A DNA stretch of 64,000 nucleotides from Anaerolineae bacterium. Its GTDB lineage: Bacteria; Chloroflexota; Anaerolineae; UBA1429. The notes beneath the pieces are model-generated. The model saw nothing but the letters and a program-made list of their open reading frames with translations. It was not told where the DNA came from and did not search any database. Location: NCBI GenBank assembly GCA_040768605.1, contig JAXGMP010000005.1, forward strand, positions 136,132 to 200,131, given 5' to 3'. Positions 1 to 9,487 of the stretch are shown in pieces. Position 1 is the stretch's first letter. Each line of letters opens with the position of its first letter. A program made the translations under genes and the position numbers.

Positions 1-846
1 CACACTCCCCTGGCCACAGTGGTGCCGGCCCGCCGGCGCGGCACGCCGCTCAGCCCGGATCACGACGCGATCCTCGGCCCGCTCCTGGCCGCCGACGTGG
101 TCTTCTTGGGCCCTGGCAGCCCGACCTATGCCATCCGTCAACTACAGGGCAGTCTTGCCTGGCAGGTAGTCAGCGGGTTGCTGCGGACGGGGCGGGACCT
201 GGTGCTGGCCAGCGCGGCCACTGTTGCGGCCAGTTCCTGGGCGCTGCCGGTGTACGAGATCTACAAGGCCGGCGAGGACCCCCATTGGGTGCGCGGCCTG
301 GACTTGTGGGGTATGATTGGGCTGTCGGTGGTCTTTGTGCCGCACTGGAACAACCACGAGGGCGGCGCCAAGCACGACACCAGTCGCTGCTTCATGGGGC
401 GGTCTCGCTTCCGCGAGTTGCTGGCCCTCCTGCCGCCGGGCGAGGTGGTAGTGGGCATCGACGAGCACACCGCCCTCTCCGTCGAGGCAGCCGCTGGCCG
501 CTGTGTTGTGATGGGCGTCGGCGCGGTTACCCTGCTTCTCGAGGGGGCCGAGCGGAGCTTCCCGAGCGGCACAACGTTCCCGCTGTCCCTTCTTGGCGAG
601 GTCTGCCAGGCGGTTCCGCAGGAGGGCATCCCCGCGCGGGTACAGGCGTTGATCGAGGTGGCCCAGCAAGACCGGCGCGCTGAGCGTGCGCCGAGCGAGG
701 CGGTGCTGGCGCTCCTTGCGGACCGCCAGGCGGCCCGCGACCGCCAGGACTGGGCGGCGGCGGACCGGCTGCGCATGCGCCTGGCCGCAGAAGGCTGGTC
801 CATACAAGATACGCGAGAGGGCCCGCGCCTGACTCCTTTGGGCTGA
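1..846 (+). CDS. 5'-truncated peptidase S51/cyanophycinase-like (class I GATase fold) protein with C-terminal CysRS anticodon-binding-like domain
   Basis: Open from base 1. Motifs VFLGPGSP, LASAAT (nucleophile-elbow Ser), VPHWNN and VGIDEHTAL match S51. The tail LLADRQAARDRQDWAAADRLRMRLAAEGWSIQDTREG resembles the CysS C-terminus. Confidence 0.75.
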   Translation, partial: HTPLATVVPARRRGTPLSPDHDAILGPLLAADVVFLGPGSPTYAIRQLQGSLAWQVVSGLLRTGRDLVLASAATVAASSWALPVYEIYKAGEDPHWVRGLDLWGMIGLSVVFVPHWNNHEGGAKHDTSRCFMGRSRFRELLALLPPGEVVVGIDEHTALSVEAAAGRCVVMGVGAVTLLLEGAERSFPSGTTFPLSLLGEVCQAVPQEGIPARVQALIEVAQQDRRAERAPSEAVLALLADRQAARDRQDWAAADRLRMRLAAEGWSIQDTREGPRLTPLG

Positions 847-867
847 GCGCGCCGCGCTGCGGCGTTC

Positions 868-898
868 GGAACCCAGCGCGCCGCCTGCGCGTAGTCTA
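868..898 (+). promoter_or_regulatory. Possible ECF-sigma promoter for the radical SAM gene
   Basis: GGAACC (868-873), 16 nt spacer, CGTAGTCTA; resembles ECF -35/-10 consensus. Confidence 0.35.
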
Positions 899-1111
899 GT
901 TGGGCAGCATTCCTGGGCCGTACGGTCGATCCTGAATATTACATCTGCGGTGTCGGTGCTCCGCAGCCAGCGTGAGGCGCCTCCCGTCTGGCTGTGAAAG
1001 ACCCCAGAGTCTCAGGCCATCTTCCCAACAGCCTCCATCCACGCCCTGGCCTCACCGCTCACCGGCGACGCGGCGTCTCGCCTCATCAGGTGACTGAAGG
1101 AGGTTACGGCG

Positions 1112-2353
1112 GTGTTGGACAAAAGGGATCTCTACAGGCTCCCCTGGTCGCTGAACGACAACCCGATCGCCTGGCTGGAAGTGACCGACATCTGCAACCT
1201 ACGTTGCGAGGGCTGCTATCGCCAGCGCCTGACGGGGCACAAGCCACTCGAAGACGTCCAGGAGGAGATCCTCTTCCTCAAGCGCTGGCGCAACCCCGAC
1301 AACGTCTCGATCGCCGGCGGCGAACCACTCCTCCACCCCGACATCGTCGCCATTGTGCGGTTCATCGCGGAGCAGGGCATCAAGCCGGTCCTGCTGTCCA
1401 ACGGGCTCGGCCTTGACCCGCAGTTGCTGCGGGAACTCAAGCGCGCCGGACTTTCGGGGTTTACGCTGCACGTGGACAGCCACCAGGGCCGCCCCGAGTG
1501 GCGAGGCAAGTCGGAGGCGGAACACAACGCCCTGCGGCAACACTATGCCGAGATGATCGCCGACGTCGGCGGGCTGATCACCATTTTCAACGCGACCGTG
1601 TATCCCTCAACCTTCCCGGAGATCCCGGCGGTAGTGCGTTGGGCCAAGGACAACATCCGGTCGGTCCAAGGGGTGGTCTTTATCACCTACCGCATTGCCG
1701 CCACCGACAGCCAGATGGCGCTCGACGCCAGCGCCCAGCAGGTGGACCTGAGCAGACTGAGCTACTCGGTCGAGCGGTTTGACGAGGAGTTCGTCACCGG
1801 GCCAGAGGTATGCCAGGCGATCCACGAGTGTCTGCCGGAATACGAGCCCTCTGGCTACCTCGGCGGAACGCTGCGGCACGACTCTTTCAAGTGGATCATC
1901 GGTGCCGTGGTCGGCTCTCAGGGCGGGGTGTATGGCTCGGTGGGCAAGCGCACCATGGAGGTCGCCCAGGCCGGGCATCACCTGTGGCGAGGCACCTACC
2001 TGGCCTACCTGAACCAGCCCAGGATCGGCGCCAAGGTCTTCCTGATGAGCCCCTGGGACAGGAGCGTACGGCGGGCGGCCCGGAACTGGCTGGCGGCGGT
2101 GGTCAGGGATCCGGGGCGCCTCTTTGACTCACCTCGTCTGCAGAGCTACGCCATCATTCAGGCGCCCGACATCCAGCCGGACGGACGCGCCGACATGTGC
2201 GACTCCTGCCCAGACATGACCTTCTACAACGGCACGCTGATCAACTCCTGCCGCATGGATGAGTACCGCCTCTTCGGCGGGCCCCTCTCGTTGGTGGACC
2301 GTGCCAGGGTCGCCGCCACTCCCGAGAGTCACAGCCACCCGGCTGACGTCTGA
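1112..2353 (+). CDS. Radical SAM protein with extra C-terminal cysteines
   Basis: CNLRCEGC (CxxxCxxC), GGEPLLHP, SNG; C-terminal CDSC...SC; GGAGG RBS upstream of GTG. Confidence 0.9.
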   Translation: MLDKRDLYRLPWSLNDNPIAWLEVTDICNLRCEGCYRQRLTGHKPLEDVQEEILFLKRWRNPDNVSIAGGEPLLHPDIVAIVRFIAEQGIKPVLLSNGLGLDPQLLRELKRAGLSGFTLHVDSHQGRPEWRGKSEAEHNALRQHYAEMIADVGGLITIFNATVYPSTFPEIPAVVRWAKDNIRSVQGVVFITYRIAATDSQMALDASAQQVDLSRLSYSVERFDEEFVTGPEVCQAIHECLPEYEPSGYLGGTLRHDSFKWIIGAVVGSQGGVYGSVGKRTMEVAQAGHHLWRGTYLAYLNQPRIGAKVFLMSPWDRSVRRAARNWLAAVVRDPGRLFDSPRLQSYAIIQAPDIQPDGRADMCDSCPDMTFYNGTLINSCRMDEYRLFGGPLSLVDRARVAATPESHSHPADV

Positions 2354-2371
2354 GCGCGCGGCGCATCGTAC

Positions 2372-2403
2372 GGGGGCCCTGTGGAGCGCTCCACAGGGCC
2401 CCC
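2372..2403. terminator. Perfect inverted repeat between convergent genes
   Basis: gggggccctgtggagc/gctccacagggccccc. Confidence 0.6.
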
Positions 2404-2410
2404 TGCTGTG

Positions 2411-3424
2411 CTAAAAGTCGGCGCGCGCCGGCACGACGGCCCTGCCAGTGAGGGCCGACTCGTCGGCCGCGATGGCGGCCGCCAGAGACTCGTAGGCGTC
2501 CCGGCCTGTGATGGTCATGGGCTTGTCGTATACGAGCGAGTCCACGAAGGCGTCCAAGCAGCCCAATACCCCCGTGACTAAGGGTTGTTCCGCCTCGGGG
2601 ATCTCCTGCCAGCCATCCTGGCCGTCGATAGCGGCGCGATCGCCCATGATCACGCCCTTGGTGCCGATCAGACGGAAGGCATGTCCGTCAACGCCCTGCT
2701 TGGGCGGCCAGTGCGCCTCGTAGGAAACGGTGACCTGCCCGATAGCGCCGCTGGCAAAGTGGAAGAGCGCCGCCGTGGTCTTGTCCCTGGGGAATTCCAG
2801 GGTGCCCAGGCGGTTCGCGTAGGCCATCACCGCTTCCACCGGCTGCCCCACCAGGTAGCGCACCAGGTCGACCTGATGGATCCCCGACCCGACGATGGCC
2901 GAACGGCCCGCCTCGGGCGCCGCGTACCAGGGAGCGCGGAGGAACTGCTGGCGCTTGTCTTGGATCGAGTCGATGGTCAGGTGGATCACGTCGCCAAAGG
3001 CGCCGGCGTTCAGCAGCCTCTTGATGGCCACGGTCGAGACGCGGTAACGCCGCTCGTGGGCGAGCATCAGCCGCGCCGCGCCGGCCTCCTCGGTCTCGAT
3101 GATGGCGCGGGCGTCCTCGAGGGTCGTGGCGATCGGCTTGGCCAGCAGGACGTGGCAGCCGGCCTGCAGGCAGGCCACCGCATGAGGGCGGTGGAGGTGA
3201 TCGGGCGTGGTCACGGAGATCGCGTCGAGCCGTTCGGCGGCGAGCATCTCATCCAGGCTGGCGTAGGCCGCCACCACGCGCGGGTAGGCCTCGCGGACGG
3301 CCCGGACGCGTTCCTCGTCAGGATCGCAGACCACCAAACGGCCGACGTGTTCGCAGTCGGCATACCAGCCGACGTGGTAGCGCCCCAGGCCCAGGCCCAG
3401 CACTCCAACAGACAGCTTGGTCAT
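2411..3424 (-). CDS. Gfo/Idh/MocA family oxidoreductase
   Basis: VGVLGLGLG Rossmann start, TTPDHLH, AKP (EKP variant), GIHQVD; AAGGA RBS before ATG 3424. Confidence 0.9.
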   Translation of the reverse strand: MTKLSVGVLGLGLGRYHVGWYADCEHVGRLVVCDPDEERVRAVREAYPRVVAAYASLDEMLAAERLDAISVTTPDHLHRPHAVACLQAGCHVLLAKPIATTLEDARAIIETEEAGAARLMLAHERRYRVSTVAIKRLLNAGAFGDVIHLTIDSIQDKRQQFLRAPWYAAPEAGRSAIVGSGIHQVDLVRYLVGQPVEAVMAYANRLGTLEFPRDKTTAALFHFASGAIGQVTVSYEAHWPPKQGVDGHAFRLIGTKGVIMGDRAAIDGQDGWQEIPEAEQPLVTGVLGCLDAFVDSLVYDKPMTITGRDAYESLAAAIAADESALTGRAVVPARADF

Positions 3425-3488
3425 CGTACCGTCCTTTCGCTGCGGGCCCTCCCGGGGCCTTACGGCGGATTCCGGGAGGGCCCAGGCC

Positions 3489-3517
3489 TTGACAACGTTT
3501 TCCACGGGCCCTATACT
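3489..3517 (+). promoter_or_regulatory. Sigma70-type promoter of the catabolic operon
   Basis: TTGACA (3489-3494), 17 nt, TATACT (3512-3517). Confidence 0.8.
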
Positions 3518-3535
3518 GCGAGTGACCGTAGATAG

Positions 3536-3557
3536 TCGATAGAGTATACGATATCGA
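3536..3557. promoter_or_regulatory. Palindromic operator, probably for the GntR at 10725
   Basis: TCGATA-GA-GTATAC-GA-TATCGA, an AT-rich imperfect palindrome just downstream of the -10. Confidence 0.6.
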
Positions 3558-3775
3558 TTTCTGGTGCCAGCGCGCCCGCCAGGTTCTGAGCTGTGTTCGG
3601 ATCGACCGACGGCGAGACCAGGCGGCTCGCGCCCTTTGTTTGAGTCCCGTGCCGTCCGGGGGCAGAGTAGCGCGGCAACTCACTCCCCCCTGTGCATGGG
3701 ATAGATGCGTGACCCGCGCCCTTGACGCGTTCGGTTCGGTAGGCCCGATTCCGCATCCAGCCACAGAGGAGCACT

Positions 3776-4873
3776 ATGGCACTCAGTCTCTACGATCGTA
3801 TCTACGCCGTCAACGCCGCAGTGACCATCTCGAACTCCATCGGCGACGTCACCGAGGGCAAGAGCTACCAACAGATCGAGGAGCAGTTCGGCTTTGTGGA
3901 TCGCCTGCTGGCCCAGGACAAGGCGCGCAGCGAACAGCGCCGCGACTGGGGGCCCGATCAGGTGCGCCAGGCCCATCACCGTCCCGCCGGCATGACCGAG
4001 GACGGCATCGAACGGCACCGGCTGATGTGCACCGCGATCATTGAGAAGGGCGGCCGCGTCGACGTCTGGGACCTCGCCCGGATCTGGGTGCGTGACATCA
4101 ACCGCGACCACTTTGGCATCCTCCTCGGCAACCAGGACCGCATCTTTTATGACCTGCTGAAGGCCGGCATGCCCCCCACAGAAACGGGACGCTACGCCGA
4201 CTGGCCCGGCTTTATCGGCACCTGCAAGATGATGCTCCCCGTCGGGATCGTGAACGCCTGCGACCCTCGCCAGGCAGCCCTCGATGCGCTGGACACCGGC
4301 CGTCTCAAGGATAGCCCCCATCGTGCCTTCAACTACGCCCTGGAAGTCTGCGCGGCGGTCGCCGCCGCCTGTGCCGAGGCGCTGCGGCCCGGGGCCACGG
4401 TGGAAGCGATCATCTCGGAGGCCCTCCGCCACCTCTCCTCGGTGCCACGGGCTGAGGTCGAGGCCGCGCTGGCCTGGACCGGGGAGGTCGAGGACGTGTG
4501 GGCCTTGCGGCCACGCTTCGCGGCCAAGTACCAGGGGCGCCCCATCTCGAACGCGGTGGAGGTACTCAGCGCGGGGCTGGCCATCTTCCGCATGGTCCAG
4601 GGGGATACGCACCAGGCCATTCTCACCTCGGTAAACTTTGGGCGCGACTGCGACTGCATCTCGTACGTAGCCGTGGGCCTGTCTGCCGCCCTGAACGGCC
4701 TGGGAGACGTGCCCCGGGGTTGGCTCGCCATCGTGGAGGAGGAGCTGAAAACCGATCCCTATACTGTTTCGCGGCGATCTCTGGAAGATACCGCCAAGGG
4801 CCTTTACCAGGCCGTTCTGAACGAGCTGGACGGAGCAAGGCGGCGGATCTCCGAACTGGAGACCGCGCTGTAA
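3776..4873 (+). CDS. ADP-ribosylglycohydrolase (DraG/ARH-like) family protein
   Basis: IGD, MTEDG and GRDCDCI metal-binding motifs; GAGGAG RBS. Confidence 0.8.
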   Translation: MALSLYDRIYAVNAAVTISNSIGDVTEGKSYQQIEEQFGFVDRLLAQDKARSEQRRDWGPDQVRQAHHRPAGMTEDGIERHRLMCTAIIEKGGRVDVWDLARIWVRDINRDHFGILLGNQDRIFYDLLKAGMPPTETGRYADWPGFIGTCKMMLPVGIVNACDPRQAALDALDTGRLKDSPHRAFNYALEVCAAVAAACAEALRPGATVEAIISEALRHLSSVPRAEVEAALAWTGEVEDVWALRPRFAAKYQGRPISNAVEVLSAGLAIFRMVQGDTHQAILTSVNFGRDCDCISYVAVGLSAALNGLGDVPRGWLAIVEEELKTDPYTVSRRSLEDTAKGLYQAVLNELDGARRRISELETAL

Positions 4874-4931
4874 CCTGTGCCCGAACGACGCGACGCCTGT
4901 TCGGCCGCATTCCATCGTGAGAAGGAGACAG

Positions 4932-5966
4932 ATGAGCCCGAAAAGCCCTTCCAAGGACCTCACCCAGGCAATCAAAGAGTTGGCGCTCCAGAGCGGTGCC
5001 GCGCTGGTGGGCATCGCCTCGATCGACCGCTTTGACCCGCAGCCCCCTTACTACGACAAGGCGCCTCGCGGCCACGACCCGCGCGACTATGTGCCCAACG
5101 CCAAGTCGGTGATCTCGTTCGCGCAGCCGGTCCTCAATGCGGTGATGGACGCCCCCGCCGCGCTGGCCGACGTCGACATGGAGATGATCCCGCCCGACAT
5201 CAAGCACCCCTACCTGGAGATGCTCTACCAGCTCGTAGGGCACCGCGTGCAGGACTATATGCTCGAGCAGATCGGCCAGGTCGTCGGGCAGATGATCCAG
5301 CTCGAGGGGTTCGAGACGATGATCTTCCCCACCACGGGGTTGCATCCCAACATGCCGCCGACCGGCATCGGGGTGAGCGAGACGCGCCTGACCGACCAGC
5401 AGATCTGGCAGGGCCCCTCCAAAAAGTGGGCCGACAAGTACTCGCCTTTCCGCTACACCTTTGGCCCCGTCTCGCACCGCCACGCAGCCACCCGCGCGGG
5501 CCTGGGCGAGTTCGGCTACAACAACATCGTCCTGACCCGGGAGTTCGGGCCGCGCCAGCGCTTCAACACGATCATCACCGAGGCGGAGCTGGTGCCCGAC
5601 CCGCTGATCAGCGAGCCGATCTGCCTGCGTGACAACTGCCGCCTGTGCCTGAAGGCCTGCATCATGGAGGCCATCACCCTGCGCGATGACCCGTCCTTCT
5701 CCGACTATCGCCTGGTAGACAAGGTGAACAAGGACGTCATCTTTGTCGACACGCCGGCCAAGACCGACCCGGTGACGTGCAACTCCCGGCGGACGCGCAT
5801 TCCTGACTCGCCGATCCGCGGCGATTGCGCCAGGGTCTGCCCGCTGCCGGTGACGCGCACGCATCTGCCGGTGCGGCTGAAGGCTATGGTGGAGGAGTGG
5901 GTGGCCGAGCGGGGCGTGAGCCTCGGCGCTGCGGGGGGCGTGGCCGAGGGGACGTTCAAGGGATAA
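4932..5966 (+). CDS. Epoxyqueuosine reductase (QueG)/reductive dehalogenase-like 4Fe-4S protein
   Basis: GAALVGIA, SHRHAATRAGLGEFGYNN...FGPRQRF; Cys clusters C-x4-CxxCxxxC and C...CARVCP; AAGGAG RBS. Confidence 0.75.
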   Translation: MSPKSPSKDLTQAIKELALQSGAALVGIASIDRFDPQPPYYDKAPRGHDPRDYVPNAKSVISFAQPVLNAVMDAPAALADVDMEMIPPDIKHPYLEMLYQLVGHRVQDYMLEQIGQVVGQMIQLEGFETMIFPTTGLHPNMPPTGIGVSETRLTDQQIWQGPSKKWADKYSPFRYTFGPVSHRHAATRAGLGEFGYNNIVLTREFGPRQRFNTIITEAELVPDPLISEPICLRDNCRLCLKACIMEAITLRDDPSFSDYRLVDKVNKDVIFVDTPAKTDPVTCNSRRTRIPDSPIRGDCARVCPLPVTRTHLPVRLKAMVEEWVAERGVSLGAAGGVAEGTFKG

Positions 5967-6128
5967 GCAAAGCACGAAGTGGTCTGGCGGCTTGGTGATA
6001 GTGCCGCGCGGGGCCCCGAGAGCAGGCTGCCTCTCCCCCGCGCGGCGGGGCGACGTCTGATTGGATATGTACCGCGGGTTACGTTCTTGAGCACGCCGTG
6101 TCCCGTAGCCATCAGAAGGAGCATCAGC

Positions 6129-8183
6129 ATGTCCACGAGAACTGTCAGCCGTCGAGACTTCTTGCGTGTGTCGGCGATCGTGGCGGCCGGCAGCGTGGCG
6201 GCAGCTTGCGGAGCTCCGCAGCCTGCCGCCCCGGAACCTGCCGCCCCGGCCGGCGCCGCCACTCCAGCACCTGCAGCACAGCCAACCAGCGCCCAGACCC
6301 AGCCCACGGCTGCCCCGGTGGCGGCCGTGACGCGTTTCCAGGAAGCCCCGATGCTGGCGGAACTGGTCAAGGACGGCAAGCTGCCCCCCGTGGAGGAGCG
6401 CCTCCCGGAGAGCCCCCTGATCATCGAGCCGACCAAGGAGATAGGCACCTACGGCGGCACCCTGTACGGTTCGTCGTCGGCACCCGAAGCCACCGATGAC
6501 CTACAGGCCACTATGGTCACCGGCCCGTTCTCCTTCAACAATGACCTGTCGGTCATGACCCCCAACGCGTGCGAGTCTTTCGAGTTCAACGAGGACGCCA
6601 CGCGCTGCGTGCTCCATCTGCGCAAGGGGGTCAAGTGGTCGGACGGAGCGCCCTTCTCTGCCGACGACATGATCTTTTACTACGAGGACTGGCAGTTCAA
6701 CACCGACCTGGCCCCCAACCTTTCCCGCAACTGGAGGCCGGGGGGCAAGCCGATGACCTTCACCAAGGTGGATGACTACACGGTCCAGTTCGACTTTGCC
6801 GTGCCCAACTGGGCCTTCTATGCGATCATGCGTTCCTCTCCTCCCCAGACGCCCTGGCGCCCCAAGCACTATGCCCAGCAGTTTCACCCCAAGTACAACG
6901 CCAAGGCGGAGGAGCAGGCCAAGGCGGCCGGCTTTGACAACTGGCAGGCCTGGTTCGGCAAGATGGTCAGCGTGGAGGACATCAACTACGGGGCACAGAA
7001 CCCGGACCTGCCCGTCCTGGAGCCCTGGCGCCCGGTCAAGTCCGACAGCGAAGGCCAGTACTATGAGCGCAACCCCTTCTACTTCAAGGTGGATCCGGAG
7101 GGCAACCAGCTGCCGTACATCGACAGCGTCGACGTGCGCTACGCCTCCAGCATGGAAGTCATCAACATGCGCGCCATCTCCGGTGAGCTGAGCGCGGCAA
7201 CCCGCGACCTCCTCCTCGTCAACTATCCTGTGCTGCGGGACAACCGGGAGAAGGGGGAGTACCAGCTGCTGATCGGGGCGAGCGAGCGCGGTGCGGACCT
7301 GGCGCTGGCCTTCAACCAAAACCATCCCGACCCGGTGCTGAAGGAGATCTTCTGCGACCTGCGCTTCCGCCAGGCCATGTCAGTTGCCATTGACCGGAAT
7401 GAGATCAACGAGCTCCTCTATCTGGGGCAGGGTACTCCGCGTCAGGCCACTATCCCTGACAGCGCCAGCTTCTTCAAGCAGGAATGGGCTGACGCGTATG
7501 CGCAGTATGATCCTGACCTGGCCAACAGCCTGCTGGACGAGATGGGCCTGGACAAGCGGGGGGCCGATGGCACCCGCCTCCGGCCGGACGGTGAACCGCT
7601 GGCGTTCCTGCTAGAGTTCACCGGCACGCAGGGGCCGTTCAACGAGACCTGCCAACTGGTGGTCAAGACCTGGGCCAAGGTAGGCATCAAGTGTGAGGTG
7701 AAAGAGGGTCAGAAGGCCTATGTCTCCCAGCGCCTGTCCGCTGGTGAGCACGATGCCACCATGTGGGTGGTGGACCGCACCCTCGAGCGCGCGGCCTGGT
7801 CGATGGGCTGGAACGGTGCCAAGCTGGCCCCCGGCGGCGGCTCGATCATCAACTACTGCAAGGCCTGGCAGGATTGGAAGAACTCCGGCGGCCAGAAGGG
7901 CGTCGAGCCTCCCCAGGAGGCGAACGACCTGTGGGATGCCTTCGATGCCTGGATGGGCTCGGAATACGGCAGCCCCGCCTACATGGAGGCTGCGACCCGC
8001 GTCCATGACCTCATCGCCCAGGTTCTGTGGGTGATCGGCATCATTGGGCAGGCGCCCGTGCCGATCCTGGTAAAGAACGACCTGCAGAACGTCTTCGGGG
8101 GCGACGAGGAAAAGATCTGGATCGGCGCCGCCAACTGGTACCTGCTTCCGCAGCATTCTGAGCAGTGGTTCTGGAAGTCCTAG
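6129..8183 (+). CDS. Family 5 ABC substrate-binding protein, Tat-signal lipoprotein
   Basis: SRRDFLR Tat motif, AAC lipobox, Pro/Ala linker, [24 protein letters not shown]. Confidence 0.9.
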   Translation: MSTRTVSRRDFLRVSAIVAAGSVAAACGAPQPAAPEPAAPAGAATPAPAAQPTSAQTQPTAAPVAAVTRFQEAPMLAELVKDGKLPPVEERLPESPLIIEPTKEIGTYGGTLYGSSSAPEATDDLQATMVTGPFSFNNDLSVMTPNACESFEFNEDATRCVLHLRKGVKWSDGAPFSADDMIFYYEDWQFNTDLAPNLSRNWRPGGKPMTFTKVDDYTVQFDFAVPNWAFYAIMRSSPPQTPWRPKHYAQQFHPKYNAKAEEQAKAAGFDNWQAWFGKMVSVEDINYGAQNPDLPVLEPWRPVKSDSEGQYYERNPFYFKVDPEGNQLPYIDSVDVRYASSMEVINMRAISGELSAATRDLLLVNYPVLRDNREKGEYQLLIGASERGADLALAFNQNHPDPVLKEIFCDLRFRQAMSVAIDRNEINELLYLGQGTPRQATIPDSASFFKQEWADAYAQYDPDLANSLLDEMGLDKRGADGTRLRPDGEPLAFLLEFTGTQGPFNETCQLVVKTWAKVGIKCEVKEGQKAYVSQRLSAGEHDATMWVVDRTLERAAWSMGWNGAKLAPGGGSIINYCKAWQDWKNSGGQKGVEPPQEANDLWDAFDAWMGSEYGSPAYMEAATRVHDLIAQVLWVIGIIGQAPVPILVKNDLQNVFGGDEEKIWIGAANWYLLPQHSEQWFWKS

Positions 8184-8472
8184 CGTCCTGTGTGATATGG
8201 CCGCGAGACGGCTAGACAAGCCGTCTCGCGGCACCTGGACTCGGCGATCGGGACACTGCGTGAGCCGGGAGCGGCCCAGAGCGGCGTACCCTGGCCCACA
8301 CGTCTCACTGCGCTGACCCTCAGTGGCGACGTCCCCTCTGCCCATGTGAAGGCCTGGCCCAGGCCTCTGGACGCACTGCACGGAGCAGGCATCTGGGGCA
8401 GGTGGCCACGTAACGGCATGGGCTGCAACAGGCCTCAGGCCAACTGTATAGTCTGCATGAGGAAAGCCTGGC

Positions 8473-9456
8473 ATGCTTCACTTTGTGCTCCGCAGACTGC
8501 TGCTGCTAGTACCGACGGTCATCGTCATCTCGATGATCTCGTTCCTCGTGATCCAGCTGCCGCCCGGTGACTACCTGACCTCGTATGTCATCAGCCTGGA
8601 AGCCCAGGGGCAGTTCGTGGACCAGGAGCTCATCGACGCTCTCAGGGTTCAGTATGGTCTGGGGCAGCCCCTCTATGTCCAGTATGGTAAATGGGTATGG
8701 GGGATGCTGCATGGCCACTTTGGCCAGTCGCTGCAGTGGAAGGCCCCGGTCGCCGACCTTATCTGGGAGCGCCTCGGCCTCACCGTGGTGCTATCTCTGG
8801 GATCGCTTCTCTTTGTATGGCTGGTGGCTTTTCCAGTCGGGATCTATTCCGCGGTTCGCCAGTATTCCGTGGTAGATTATGTATTCACCGCCCTGTCTTT
8901 CTTCGGATTAGGAATACCGGACTTTTTATTGGCTCTTATCGTCATGTGGCTGGCTTTCTCGCAGTTGGGCATCTCTGTAGGAGGGCTGTTCTCCAACGAG
9001 TTCGTGCGCGCCCCTTGGTCATGGGCCAAGGTGGTTGATATGCTGAAACACGCCTGGATGCCCATGGTGGTGTTGGGCATTGGCGGCACGGCCGGGCTGA
9101 TCCGCATCATGCGCGCCAACCTCCTCGACGAGCTAAACAAGCCCTATGTGGAGACGGCACGCGCCAAGGGGCTACGGGAACGGCGGCTGATCCTCAAGTA
9201 CCCCGTGCGCGTAGCCCTCAACCCGTTCGTCAGCACCTTGGGGTGGACGCTGCCGAGCCTGGTATCTGGCTCTGTGATCGTATCGGTGGTGCTGAGCCTC
9301 CCGACGACCGGCCCTCTGCTCCTCACCGCGCTTCAGGCACAGGATATGTACCTAGCCGGTACCTTCTTGTTGATGCTGAGCATTCTGACGGTGCTCGGGA
9401 CTCTAGTATCCGATGTGCTGCTGGCCTTGCTCGACCCGCGCATCCGCGTGGAGTAG
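8473..9456 (+). CDS. ABC permease, DppB/OppB type
   Basis: IQLPPGD, YVETARAKGL (EAA loop), LDPRIR. Confidence 0.9.
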   Translation: MLHFVLRRLLLLVPTVIVISMISFLVIQLPPGDYLTSYVISLEAQGQFVDQELIDALRVQYGLGQPLYVQYGKWVWGMLHGHFGQSLQWKAPVADLIWERLGLTVVLSLGSLLFVWLVAFPVGIYSAVRQYSVVDYVFTALSFFGLGIPDFLLALIVMWLAFSQLGISVGGLFSNEFVRAPWSWAKVVDMLKHAWMPMVVLGIGGTAGLIRIMRANLLDELNKPYVETARAKGLRERRLILKYPVRVALNPFVSTLGWTLPSLVSGSVIVSVVLSLPTTGPLLLTALQAQDMYLAGTFLLMLSILTVLGTLVSDVLLALLDPRIRVE

Positions 9457-9487
9457 GAGCCGCATGGCATGTTGATGATCTGGAAGG

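Noticed and set aside
5979-6128. N-terminal extensions from the ORF track (also 10629, 14463, 17707, 22119, 27143, 33247, 35605, 41349, 45346, 47259, 49468)
   Set aside because: Downstream starts have Shine-Dalgarno sites and match family N-termini, while the extensions are low-complexity or overlap promoters.
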